From contig NMRA01000830.1 in NCBI GenBank assembly GCA_002633005.1, forward strand, positions 65,699 to 129,698: DNA of 64,000 nt. The letters are read 5' to 3'. This DNA is from Phoronis australis (Eukaryota > Animalia > Phoronida). Made by a program: the position numbers and the translations under genes. Below, one piece after another: positions 1-12,900 of this stretch. Within the stretch, counting starts at the first letter, position 1, and every line of letters begins with the position of its first letter. Below the pieces are notes generated by a model that was not told where the DNA came from, did no database searches, and was given only the letters and a program-made list of their open reading frames with translations.

Positions 1-779
1 CATTTTCTTAATCTTCCATTATGATTTCGCAGTACTTTTCATTGAACGTCCGTCCATTGCAAGGTACTATACTTTTCTAACCCAAGTGCGAAAAGTCTCG
101 GGTCATTCTTTTTCATCATGCTGCGAGTGAGCCTTTCGCTTCGTTAAGATGTGTAACGCCGACTTACTCCCCGACATAATCCCGTAATTATCACAGAGCG
201 ACTACATATAAATTAATTCTCCGGTACACGCATTCCGCCAGGTTGTCGCCGTGGGTCCGACAAATCTCCATTCATTGCAAACCTGTCCCCCAATGCACGC
301 AGGGACCCTGTTCGTTAAATCTGTTCGTTAAACCCCGACGTGTTTGTGAATAAGCATTTGATGTTAGACTGAGTAAGTGGTCCCCACCGAGAACGCGCTA
401 CTGTCTTCGGCTACTGATCAAGGGACAGTGAGTTGTAGGATATTACAGGCACGTGGAAGTGTCGAGATAAGTGTCGCATAGTATTTGAGCTTGGTTGTCT
501 CTAACAGTTGTAATTTTGAAAATCTGTGAAATATGCACCAGACACCATAAGGTAAGCTTCCTGTGGCAACGGACTGTTCGATACGTCTTGGGTACCAACG
601 ATGACGTCATTTGCGTCGATTAGAACGAACGCAACCTAAAGTTTTTTTCGGCGCTAAATGGGGTTCATGATGGGGTCGTACGATAGTAATTGGCGTAATT
701 AGCTAATGCCAGGAGTAAAGGGAGGGATGATGTGTTTGTGTCGATCACTGATACATATATTTAACATGTTCAAAAGTCA

Positions 780-1560
780 TTTGGCCATTATGTAGGGTCT
801 TTAAGGAGGTGGCACAGTAGTCGAAATTGTTAGAAAATCATCGTCAGCCGTCCTCTTCACACTAGAAACATAATATATCATCGTCAGCCGTCCTCTTCAT
901 ACTAGAAACATAATATATCAACGTCAGCCGTCCTCTTCACACTAGAAACATAATATTACTTGCCAATTTACTCAATCATCCTTCGAGTGGTTTAGTTGAT
1001 AGAGGGGCGGACGCCCAAATACAGAGTCGACTCAAAAACATTAAAAATTGGCCACAAGGTGGTACAGAGTACTTCGAATGCATCCGAAAATGGAAGGATA
1101 GCGTCATGTCACTAATAAATGCCCATCTACCAAATTTTACCAAAATCTGTTGAGGACCTTTGAAGACTTAGAGGTAAATGTAAAAACAAAATTGCCACTT
1201 AAAGGCGAACACCAGTAGTCGGATCCGTCTGGAAGTTTGTTTTTTCCAACCCATCTATAAAAGGAACACATGTGTAAAATATTTTGAACAAACGTAAAAG
1301 GGTTATGGAGATAGAGCCGTGGACGGAGGCCTGACAAATGCCGGATGACTGGACGGACGGACAGGTATGATGGCATAATGCGCCCAAACATAAAAATTTA
1401 TAGGTGAGTGCATGAAAGTTAAAATTGAGAGCAGAGGGCACTGCAGCAATCGGGTTGGATAGAAACTCATTGTCAGCTCCGTATCAACATGTTGTCCAAA
1501 TTTCATAACAATTTATCCCGTAAAGGGTGAAAATACAACCCCCATGCAAAAAATAAACCT
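780..1560 (+). mobile_element. Helentron-associated (HINE-like) repeat fragment
   Basis: Homologous to 30229-31519; GGAC microsatellite at about 1350 and a 3' hairpin-like end at about 1378-1413. Confidence 0.5.
837..956. repeat. 40-bp tandem repeat x3
   Basis: atcatcgtcagccgtcctcttcacactagaaacataatat repeated three times. Confidence 0.95.
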
Positions 1561-1566
1561 ATCACT

Positions 1567-3650
1567 ACGGGACTGCAGGCATAAAAACATCGGCCACGGT
1601 CTTCAAAACTGATTTGACAACATCAACAGGATTGGCATGCAAGAGGACGAAAATGCGTGCCCTGTTTAACCGAGAGGATCAAGCAAAGTCCTCGGCACAT
1701 CAAAAGGCTTAATGGCGTTGATTCGGATTTAATCATAAATGCCATACACATAGCAAAAATAGTTTCAGACACTTGCATAAAATTACGAACTAGTCACAGT
1801 GCTGTACCAACGATTGAATAACAAGGCCGACTATGGCGTGCTGGGGAAAGTGTGTTTTAGTGGGTGTAATTAACTCTGGTAAACAAACAGTAAAAAAGGA
1901 ACAATGAGCATTCAATATCAAATAATTGAATAATTTAAGCTAATAAAATATAAAAATAAATGCAGGCGGTCTGAAACATGTTGTACCAGACGTGTGCGGG
2001 CCACTCATGTAGGCCCGTTGCACTGATCAGCTGATTGAATTAAGTTGATATACAGTTAGAATATCTGGATAACGAAAATAAATTTAGAAGGAAACCATGA
2101 TACCGGCAAGTAGTCTCCCGTGGACATCTGTGCTCCGGCGGGGCAAGATGAACGCATTAATTTAACTACCCGGGCCTTGAATGAGTGCAATTCCTACGAC
2201 AAGGAGATTAAGTAATACTGCATCATGCTCCTAACACTGCAATATTGTACCATCGCTGACATTCAACTCATTGACTGAAACTCATTACACTTACCTCCTC
2301 CCCCACGTTTCCGGTCAGAATTTTATATTTAGACAACAGATGTAAAATGTAAGCTTTTGTCACTTTTTAAAAATATTTTCCCTAATAATTGAAAATCAAA
2401 GCCAGCAAGTGATTATTTTCTCAGCGAAAGGTCACAACTGCAGGAAAATTACTTTGCAGGCTGGTTACTGTGTTTAGGCAGCAAAATCAAACACACGTGC
2501 GCATTACTGCAATTGAGGTGTGGAGCCCACTGTTTTGAGATGAAACTTGTTTTTGTTTGTTGAAAAATCGCCGTGTGTGGATTTTTTCTATTTCTTATTT
2601 TTAACAGCCAGTAAAGCCGGTGCCGATTTGCTGCCAAGTACGCACTGCGCTCACACGTTCGGGTAGTCACACTGCAATTGCTCTTTTGAGGCTGGTACTT
2701 TGGTTCAGTTTCACTATGTGGCGATAAAGATGGGCATGGGCTGCCTTACAACATCTCTGGCTGCACTTTTTTATTGCCTTTCTAACCAGATTATCATTTT
2801 CTATCTTACTTAATATCTGTATTCATTATCTTTGCTTGTAATTGTATTAGTCTTAAAAAATGACCTTATATCGCCTACCTCGGTCTCCTCTTCTTCTCTG
2901 GTAACGAGCTTGCGACGCAAGTATCATTTATGTATAATTCGGGAATTTGACGATCATAAAAAACATTTGCCGATCAATAATTGCTTTTTCCTCCAGTTAA
3001 TTACCTAAACGGGTACTGTTGACGAAGTTTGTTGTAATCTCACGGTGAGTCAGGGCTGACCTCAGTAGCCGAACATTGGCTGCGGGAGATGTGGCGTACT
3101 TACAAACTTATTATGCATTAAATACCATTTGTCATATGCAAAGAACAGGTAAAATTCGGAAGTAAATAATCAAGTTTTCATAAAAAGAACCAAAACGAGA
3201 ATCAAAAAACAACCAAACAATGCATTTACGCGCACGATGATGTCAATAAGTTTTCAATGACAACAGGAGCGTCATTCAGGAATCATTCCAGAACTGATGC
3301 ACAGGAACTCAGGTGATGGAAATAGATCTGGAATAGCCGATGATTTTCCGATCTCGGCCGAGCTACAAAATTGTGCTCAAAAAGGCTTTTAGTTTGATAA
3401 CAGAAAGGATGTGAACATGATGACATGTTACATATGACTTAATTTGATATATATGTTGAAGTTTTTGAACTAGATTGGCCTTTGAGATAAGGATTTTAAC
3501 TCTTCCTATAGCATTAAGTATCATATTTAGCTCTTAACTCCAAGTTTGTTTTCTTTTACCTGATACTTCAGTGGCACTATTGTTGTTGGTCTGACGTTTT
3601 GTTCTCTTTCGTTTACGGCGACGTCTAAATACAATTAATAAAACCATATT
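1567..3650. repeat. About 2.1-kb direct duplicate of 5061-7159
   Basis: Colinear near-identity with scattered SNPs and small indels; ends exactly at N3651. Confidence 0.95.
3560..3624 (-). other. Second copy of the stop-transfer exon (allele or duplicate; Ile to Thr)
   Basis: Near-identical to 7068-7132, encodes ...NNNSATEVS; lies in the 1567-3650 duplicate next to a single-N join. Confidence 0.75.
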
Positions 3651-3812
3651 NTCAAAATTGAAAATTTGAACAGTTAGGGAGCATTACTCTGGATTGGATG
3701 AGCATGGTAAACAAAACAAGTATGAGATCTGTAACTTTCAACCACGCATGAATACAGGAAAGGTCAACCCTGTGTTGACAGTTGTTGACTTTCTGCACTT
3801 GAGAAGACTTAC

Positions 3813-3939
3813 TTGGATAAATAGCTTTGTCTCTATTTTTGCCAATATTGTAGTCCATGAGGCCGGCTATCAAGGCTGAGTAAGTATTATCACTGTGATC
3901 ACCTTCACACAACTCCTGTGTGCACAATTTTTGAAGTAA
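3813..3939 (-). CDS. Exon: probable first exon of a PTP domain (motif 1)
   Basis: ttccag|TTACTTCA...TATCCAA|gtaagt, 127 nt, phase 0-1. LLQKL...AGLMDYNIGKNRDKAIYP fits N-x-x-KNR-x-x-x-I-x-P followed by the usual phase-1 intron. Confidence 0.65.
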
Positions 3940-6900
3940 CTGGAATTACACGAAAATGATATTTTCATCTTTGACATGCTTGTAGATATTTTCAATATTA
4001 GAGCAACTTTTTGAGACCCGAACCATTGCCAAATTTTGGCAAGAATCTTCATCAAATTTGGTAAATAGTGAAAGCCAACATAAACAAAATAAAACAGTCA
4101 GTAGTGGGCATCAACGAAGTTGGATTTAGAGACAGCTTGTGCTCATTATCATGCCACTCTGATGTTTTGTGAATCATCAAAAGACTTTTGACACTTACGC
4201 TGAACAAACTATGCTAAAACAAAGCATTTGTTGAGAATCCAAAATGTTTACGGATAGTGCTATACCAGACTACATTGAGCATAATTATAACAACTAATGT
4301 ACCATTATATTTGTGACCACCTTCCATTATTGTGGAAACTAAATACTAATAAACAGAACATTCTCAGCTCTATGTGTATAGGACCATTGGACATGCTTCT
4401 TTCCTCTAATGTCTTTGTCTTTGTTTCTTATTACTTACCTGCTTTGATCTACTGACATTGCAGATAAGTTGATGGATTATGCAGCCTGCATTGATCAAAT
4501 AAGAGATAAAGACATTTGTTGTGTCTGGGTGGAATAAAGGATATGTTACATGCAATGATCTTGTAATAAGTGGTCTTAAATTACAAGGACTACAGACACA
4601 ACACATTTTGCGATTGGAGGGGGGAGCTAGATCCCATGGTGGCTTAGAATTTGCAGGTGAGTCCACCCATTACATGAGTGCACCCATAGCATGAGTGCAC
4701 CCATAGCATGAGTGCACCAATAGCATGAGTCCACCCATAGCATGAGTCCACCCATAGCGTGAGTCCACCCATAGCATGAGTCCACCCNTATTCTGTTTGC
4801 GGAACCGTTCCGCATGTGGAACCCTTCTGCAACCGTCACATTGATTAATATATTATTGAGAGTGGGCACATTATAATCTCAAGTACTATTGAGAATGGAA
4901 TGTAATTCATGTTTATTGGGCTGGGAGAAAATTAAAAATTTTAGTCCTGTGCTAAACTTTTTTGTTTGTGGAACCCTTCTGGTACTTTCACATTGATTTT
5001 TAAAAATAAATTATTATTTTGATTATTATTCCACAAAATATACATAATATTTCTCAAGTCACGGGAGTGCAGGCATAAAAACGTCGGCCACGGTCTTCAC
5101 AACTGATTTGACAACATCAACAGGATTGGCATGCAAGAGGACGAAATTGCATGCCCTGTTTAACCCACAGGATCAAGCAAAGTCCTCGGCACATCAAAGG
5201 CTTAATGGCGTTGATTCGGATTTAATCATAAATGCCATACACATAGCAAAAATAGTTTCAGACACTTGCATAAAATTACGAACTAGTCACAGTCATGTAC
5301 CAACGATTGAATAACAAGGCCGACTATGGCAGGCTAGAGAAAGTGTGTTTTACTGGGTGTAATTAACTCTGGTAAACAAACAGTAAAAAAGGAACAATGA
5401 GCATTCAATATCAAATAATTGAATAATTTAAGCTATAAAAATATAAAAATAAATGCAGGCGGTCTGAAACATGTTGTACCAGACGTGTGCGGGCCACTCA
5501 TGTGGGCCCGTTGCACTGATCAGCTGATTGAATTAAGTTGATATACAGTTAGAATATCCGGATACCGAAAATAATTTAGAAGGAAACCATGGTACCGGCA
5601 AGTAGTCTCCCGCGGACATCTGTGCTCCGGCGGGGCAAGATGAACGCATTAATTTAACTACCCGGGCCTTGAATGAGTGCAATTCCTACAATAAGGAGAT
5701 TAAGTAATACTGCATCATGCTCCTAACACTGCAATATTTTACCATCGCTGACATTCAACTCATTGACTGAAACTCATTACACTTACCTCCATCCCCCACG
5801 TTTGCGGTCAAAATTTTATATTTAGACAACAGATGTAAAATGTAAGCTTTTGTCACTTTTTAAAAATATTTTCCCTAATAATTGAAAATCAAAGCGAGCA
5901 AGTGATTATTTTCTCAGCAAAAGGTCACGACAACTGCAGGAAAATTACTTTGCAGGCTGGTTACTGTGTTTAGGCAGCAAAATCAAGCACACGTGCGCAT
6001 TACTGCAATTGAGGTGTGGAGCCCACTGTTTTGAGATGAAACTTGTTTTTGTTTGTTGAAAAATCGCTGTGTGTGTATTTTTTCTATTTCTTATTTTTAA
6101 CAGCCAGTAAAGCCGGTGCCGATTTGCTGCCAAGTACGCACTGCGCTCACACGTCCGGGTAGTCACACTGCAATTGCTCTTTTGAGGCTGGTACTTTGGT
6201 TCAGTTTCACTATGTGGCGATAAAGATGGGCACGGGCTGCCTTACAACATCTCTGGCTGCACTTTTTTATTGCCTTTCTAACCAGAAATTATCATTTTCT
6301 ATTTTACTTAATATTTGTATTCACTATCTTTGCTTGTAATTGTATTAGTCTTAAAAAATGACCTTATATCGCCTACCTCGGTCTCCTCTTCTTCTCTGGT
6401 AACGAGCTTGCGACGCAAGTATCATTTATGTATAATTTGGGAATTTGGCGATCATAAAAATCATTTGCCGATCAATAATTGCTTTTTCCTCCCGTTAATT
6501 ACCTAAACGGGTACTGTTGACGAAGTTTGTTGTAATCTCACGGTGAGTCAGGCCTGACCTCAGTAGCCGAACATTGGCTGCGGGAGATGCGGCGTACTTT
6601 ACAAACTTATTATGCATTAAATACCATTTGTCATATGCAAAGAACAGATAAAATTCGGAAGTAAATAATCAAGTTTTCATAAAAAGAACCAAAACGAGAA
6701 TCAAAAAACAACCAAACAATGCATTTACGCGCACGATGAACATGTCAATAAGTTTTCAAGGTCAACATGAGCGTCATTCAGGAATCATTCCAGAACTGAT
6801 GCACAGGAACTCAGGTCATGGAAATAGATCTGGAATAGCCGACGATTTTCCGATCTCGGCCGAGATACAAAATTGTGCTCAAAAAGGCTTTTAGTTTGAT

Positions 6901-9900
6901 AACAGAAAGGATGTGAACATGATGACATGTTACATATGACTTAATTTGTCTATGATATATATGTTGAAGTTTTTGAACTAGATTGGCCTTTGAGATAATG
7001 ACTTTAACTCTTCCTATAGCATTAAGTACCATATTTAGCTCTTAACTCACAGTTTGTTTTCTTTTACCTGATACTTCAATAGCACTATTGTTGTTGGTCT
7101 GACGTTTTGTTCTCTTTCGTTTACGGCGACGTCTAAATACAATTAATAAAACCATATTATAATCAGCAAGCCCAACTACAATGCATGAAATTGAAGTTAC
7201 TGCTAAGTCCAACTATGACCTTATAGGAGTATTAGTTATAGATTTCAAGTTTGAGTCAGTCAAGCTTTATATTTTCTGAAAGTAGAAAGCCTGTAGAATT
7301 TGGTTTTTGACTTTTTATCAACCTATTATTTCGGTCAGGTGACCATGCCATTTTTAGTAAACTAAGATTGGTCTGAAAACAAACATAAGGTAAACCCAAA
7401 GCAACACAATTATGGTATCAATAACATTGATCAAATTTTGTTTGTTATAAACGTTTAAGAAAAAATCTTAAAAAGGATCATTCTGTTTGTTAATTTTGGT
7501 CCTACTCCTTCGTTTACATTTAGTTTTATGCACAAAAAATAATCGCCAAGCTCAGGGCTGATTTTACCTGGTCCAGAATTCATGAAAGATACTTACATAA
7601 CAATGATGACCACAATGACCACAACAACCAGAATGACCACTACAGCGCCAACAGACCCACCAACAGCACCTAAGTCTATGGCTGAAAGAACAATACACTT
7701 GGTTAACAGGTAGTGTTCCACAGATCAATAGCACCATTGTCTATGAACTGTTAGGCTGAAATAACAATATACTTGGTAAACAGGTGGTGTTCTACAGACC
7801 AATAACACCAGTGCCTAGGAATTAATTGGCTGAATGAACAATATAATAATACATTTGGTGAACACTTCAGGTGGACTGTTCCACAGACAAGCAATATCAG
7901 AATCTTACATGGATCAACCAACTAGTTAGGTGTACACCTTACTTGGATGACAACCAACGAGCACACGACACCATGTGGTTGGTTGACATCCAACATAATT
8001 TCATAAAGCTATAAAGGGAAAAATAGTTGGTTACTTGGCTGACATCAAACATCCAATATCTGCCCCACCTGGTGGTCAAATCATACGGCTATACAAAGGG
8101 TCAGAGAGTTGTTTAGTTGGTTGAGATCTAACATCCAATAGTTGATCCACCTGGTGGACAAACGATCACTGGCATATACAGCTAAGCTGTAGTTAGTTGC
8201 TTGACATTCAACATCCAATAGATGCACCACCTGGTGGACAAACGATCATTGACAAATACAGCTAAGATGTAGTTACTTTGTTGACATCCAACATCCAATA
8301 GCTACCCCACCTGAGGGTCACATCATGAAGCTACAGAAAGCGATAGTTGGTTAGTTGGTTGAATTCCAACATTCAATAGCTGCTCCACTTGGGGGACAAG
8401 CGATCACTGACAGATACAGCTAAGATGTAGTTAGTTGGTTGACATCCAAAGCCCAATAACTGCTCCACCTGGTGGACAAAAGATCACTGGTAGATACAGC
8501 TAAGATGTAGTTAGTAGGTTGACATATCCAACATCCAATACCTGTCCCACGGTGGGACCTGGTGGTAAAATCACGAAGGTATACAAAGGGCCAGATAGTT
8601 GGTTAGTTGGATGACACCCAACAACCAATAGCTGCTCCATCTGGTGGTCAAACAATCACTGGCAAATACAGCTAAGATGTAGTTATTTGGTTGACATACA
8701 ATATCCAATAGCTACCCCACCTGGGGGTCAAATCAGTAACCTATAGAAAGGGACAGATAGTTGGTTAGTTGGTTGACATCCATCATCCAATAGCTGCTCC
8801 ATCTGGTGGTCAAACAATCACAGGCATATACGGCTAAGATGTCGTTAGTTGGGTGACATCCAACATCCAATAGCTGCTCCACCTGATGGACAAGTGATCA
8901 CTGACAGATACAGCTAAGATGAAGTTAGTTGGTTGACAGTCATCATCCAATAGGTGCCCCACCTGGTGGTCAAATCATGAAGCTATACAAAGGGAAAAAT
9001 GGTTGGTTGGTTGACATCCAACATCCAATAGCTGCCCCACCATGTGGTCAAATCATGAAACTATACAAAGGGACATATAGTTGGTTAGTTGGTTGACAAC
9101 CAACATCCAATAGCTGCTCCACCTGGTGGACAAGCGATCATTGGCAGATACAGCTAAGATGTAGTTAGTTGGTAGACATCCATCACCCAATAGCTGCCCC
9201 ACATGGTGGTCAAATCATGAAGCTATACAAAGGGACGGGTAGTTGGTTAGTTGGTTGACATCCAACATCCAATAGCTGCCCCACCTTGTGGTCAAATCTT
9301 GAAACTATACAAAAGGACATATAGTTGGTTGACATTTAACATCCAATAGCTGCCCCAACTGGTGGTCAAATCACGAAGCTAGACAAAGGGACAGATAATA
9401 GACATCTTATACGATATCGCACGCGCTACTGCAGCTGACAACTTGACGCCATATTGGAGAGTGCTACTAGTCACGTGACACGGCTAATTGCCGTGTAAAC
9501 GAACGGGGTAACTTCTCCTTTTCAAAGAGCGATATCTCACAAATAAAGAGGCTGAAGAGTGTGATTTTTCCAGAAACATACAAAAACATGTGACGTAGCA
9601 CTTACATGCGTTTTTTAAGAGTTAACCTGTCGACAGGGAAAATATCAAACTATTAGAAGATCGCAACCAGTGGCAGATTCTCGAGTTGCCTGAGCGGCTG
9701 TAGGCCTGTCAATCTACTGCAAGCGTTTTATTTTTTTCAAGAGAAACCACCAAGATCGCGCAAATTTATCATTTAATTCGTGTCGCTCGATGCAAATACA
9801 TTATATCCAGGAGACGTGCCGCTCACTCGGGACGTACCTTCGTGGTGCCCCAACAAGCCTTTTCACTGAGTGTTGAACAATGACTACTGGTAACTTTGTT

Positions 9901-12900
9901 AAATTACAATATGACCCGGGTCTCTTTTAATGGGTCTAAATTTAATGTGAACTACTGTGAAAAATGACCTCATTGGGGTCATATAAATAAAAGACGGTTT
10001 TTAAAGTTCATTGGGGCGTTCTCCCATTCAGTGCAGAGGTTGTGAGCATGTGATAACATCTAGCTCCTTTGTTAACTGCCGAGCACAGTCTTTTGTCTGG
10101 TAGTATAACGTGCAGATAAATTATCTACCAGGCTGATAATTAACCGATCACATGTAAAAACAGTCAAACCCAGTACATTGGTACGTTCGGACACAATAGA
10201 TTGTCCTAACTTCAATTCTAGTTGGGCGATTTTGGTGATTCAAAAACTATAAGCTTGATCAGTATTTGATGGGCAATTCAAAAATGTCATTGGGTTCATG
10301 TTCAAACATTTTATAACTTAACTTGTNATATAATAATACATTTGGTGAACAGGTGGACTGTTCCACAGACAAGCTATATCAGAATCTTACATGGATCAAC
10401 CAACTAGTTAGGTGTACACCTTACTTGGATGACAACCAACGAGCACACGACACCATGTGGTTGGTTGACATCCAACATCATTTCGTAAAGCTATAAAGGG
10501 AAAAATAGTTGGTTACTTGGCTGACATCAAACATCCAATATCTGCCCCACCTGGTGGTCAAATCATGAAGCTATACAAAGGGAAAAATAGTTGGTTGGTT
10601 GGTTGACATCCAACATCCAATAGCTGCCCCACCTTGTGGTCAAATCATGAAACTATACAAAGGGACATATAGTTGGTTAGTTGGTTGACATCCAACATCC
10701 AATAGCTGCTCCACCTGGTGGACAAGCGATCATTGGCAGATACAGCTAAGATGTAGTTAGTTGGTAGACATCCATCACCCTATAGCTGCCCCACCTGGTG
10801 GTCAAATCATGAAGCTATACAAAGGGACAGATAATAGACATCTTATACGATATCGCACGCGCTACTGCAGCTGACAACTTGATGCCATATTGGAAAGTGC
10901 TACTAGTCACGTGACACGGCTAATACGGCACATTTGCTTGCCCCATTGAAGAGGAAAAGTTTCTCGCTATACTCACAAATAAAGAGGCTGAAGAGTGTGA
11001 CATTTCCAGAAACATACAAAAACATGTGACGTAGCACTTACATGCGTTTTTTAAGAGTTAATCTGTCGACAGGGAAAATATTGAACTATTAGAAGATCGC
11101 AACCAGTGGCAGATTCTCGAGTTGCCTGAGCGGCTGTAGGCCTGTCAATCTACTGCAAGCGTTTTATTTTTTTCAAGAGAAACCACCAAGATCGCGCAAA
11201 TTTATCATTTAATTCGTGTTGCTCGATGCAAATACATTATATCCAGGAGACGTGCCGCTCACTCGGGACGTACTTTCGTAGTGCCCCAACAAGCCTTTTC
11301 ACTGAGTGTTGAACAATGACTACTGGTAACTTTGTTAAATTAAAATATGACCCGGGTCTCTTTTAATGGGGTCTTAAATTTAATGTGAACTACTGTGAAA
11401 AATGACCTCATTGGGGTCATATAAAAGACAGGTTTTTAAAGTTCATTAGGGCGTTCTCCCATTCAGTGCAGAGGTTGTGAGCGTGTGATAACATCTAGCT
11501 CCTTTGTTACCTGCCGAGCACAGTCTTTTGTCTGGTAGTAAAACGCGCAGATAAATTATCTACCAGGCTGATAATTAACCGATCACATGTAAACACAGTC
11601 AAACCCAGTACATTGGTACGTTCGGACACAATAGATTGTCTTAACTTCAATTCTAGTTGGGCGATTTTGATGATTTAAAAACTGTAAGCTTGATCAGTAT
11701 TTGATGGGCAATTCAAAAATGTCATTGGATTCATGTTCAAACATTTTATAACTTAACTTGTTTTTAACAGCACAGCCCAGTGAGGATATAAGATACGATC
11801 TTATCAGAGATTAGATCAATTATCGAGCAAAAGAGATCTGAACCTCCAACCCTAATTGCCAGAATGGACTTCATCAATCGTCAGTGTAAGATATTGACTA
11901 CAGNNNNNNNNNNNNNNNNNNNNNNNNNNNNNNNNNNNNNNNNNNNNNNNNNNNNNNNNNNNNNNNNNNNNNNNNNNNNNNNNNNNNNNNNNNNNNNNNN
12001 NNNNNNNNNNNNNNNNNNNNNNNNNNNNNNNNNNNNNNNNNNNNNNNNNNNNNNNNNNNNNNNNNNNNNNNNNNNNNNNNNNNNNNNNNNNNNNNNNNNN
12101 NNNNNNNNNNNNNNNNNNNNNNNNNNNNNTGATGTGGAAACAATGTATATAGTCGCTCCGCTTAAACTATGGTGGGAGAACATAAAAACCTAGTTGCAGC
12201 ACCACTAAACTCCATGGCAGAACCAAAAAACATGACACAATGACAGCAGCAAAAAACTTAACTCTGCCTGCAGGCATAACACTGCGAGACCCCGCATTTT
12301 CTGACTGATGCCGTAGGGCTCCCAGTGTTTACCGGCATTTCTGTCCTGTGTAGCACTCTCCAATATGGTGTCACAATGACAAAGCGAGCTGCATGTATCT
12401 CAGTGGCGCGCCCGGTCTATGTGATGGCTATGGGCCAGATATTTGGTTAGTTGTTTGACATCCAACATCCAGTAGCTGCCCCACCTGGTGGTCAAATCAT
12501 GAAGCTAGTTGATTAGTTTGTTGACATCCAACATTCAATAGCAAATTTTAATCAAACTGCTAAGAAAACAATATATTTTTAAAGGAAAAGAAATTCATTT
12601 GAAATGTAAAACATGTTCAAAAAGAAAATCATAGAAAATTATTTTGAAAATATTTGTATTTAAAATGGAAATATTGAAAATAACAGGTGTTCGTGAAAAT
12701 ATCAGATGTAAAACAATAAAAAAAATTGAAAGTGAAACAATTTTAAAACCAAAACAAAATCACTATCAAATACAAAATATTTTGCTTTTTGTCTCCATTT
12801 TCGAGTGATTTTAAAATGAGAAGCAGCCCTTGGCTGCTAGAATTGATGAGTTCATGTGGATAATTTTTTGCTAACACTGGTCACTGCTCAGATTTTTTAT

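Noticed and set aside
3652-3812. Read-through frame with QHRVDL / QSRVML resembling PTP motif 2
   Set aside because: Short resemblance only, no phase-compatible exon defined, and the sequence is cut at N3651.
5743-5766. Possible 24-nt microexon (VNELNVSD)
   Set aside because: Weak donor that differs between the two copies (gtaaaa vs gtacaa) and a short pyrimidine tract.
2449-6166. Twin 73-aa ORFs at 2449-2670 and 5945-6166
   Set aside because: Similarity comes from the 2.1-kb duplicate; no domain features.
7975-9397. CRISPR-like repeat/spacer appearance
   Set aside because: The inter-repeat segments are two recurring variants, not unique spacers; eukaryotic context and no cas genes.
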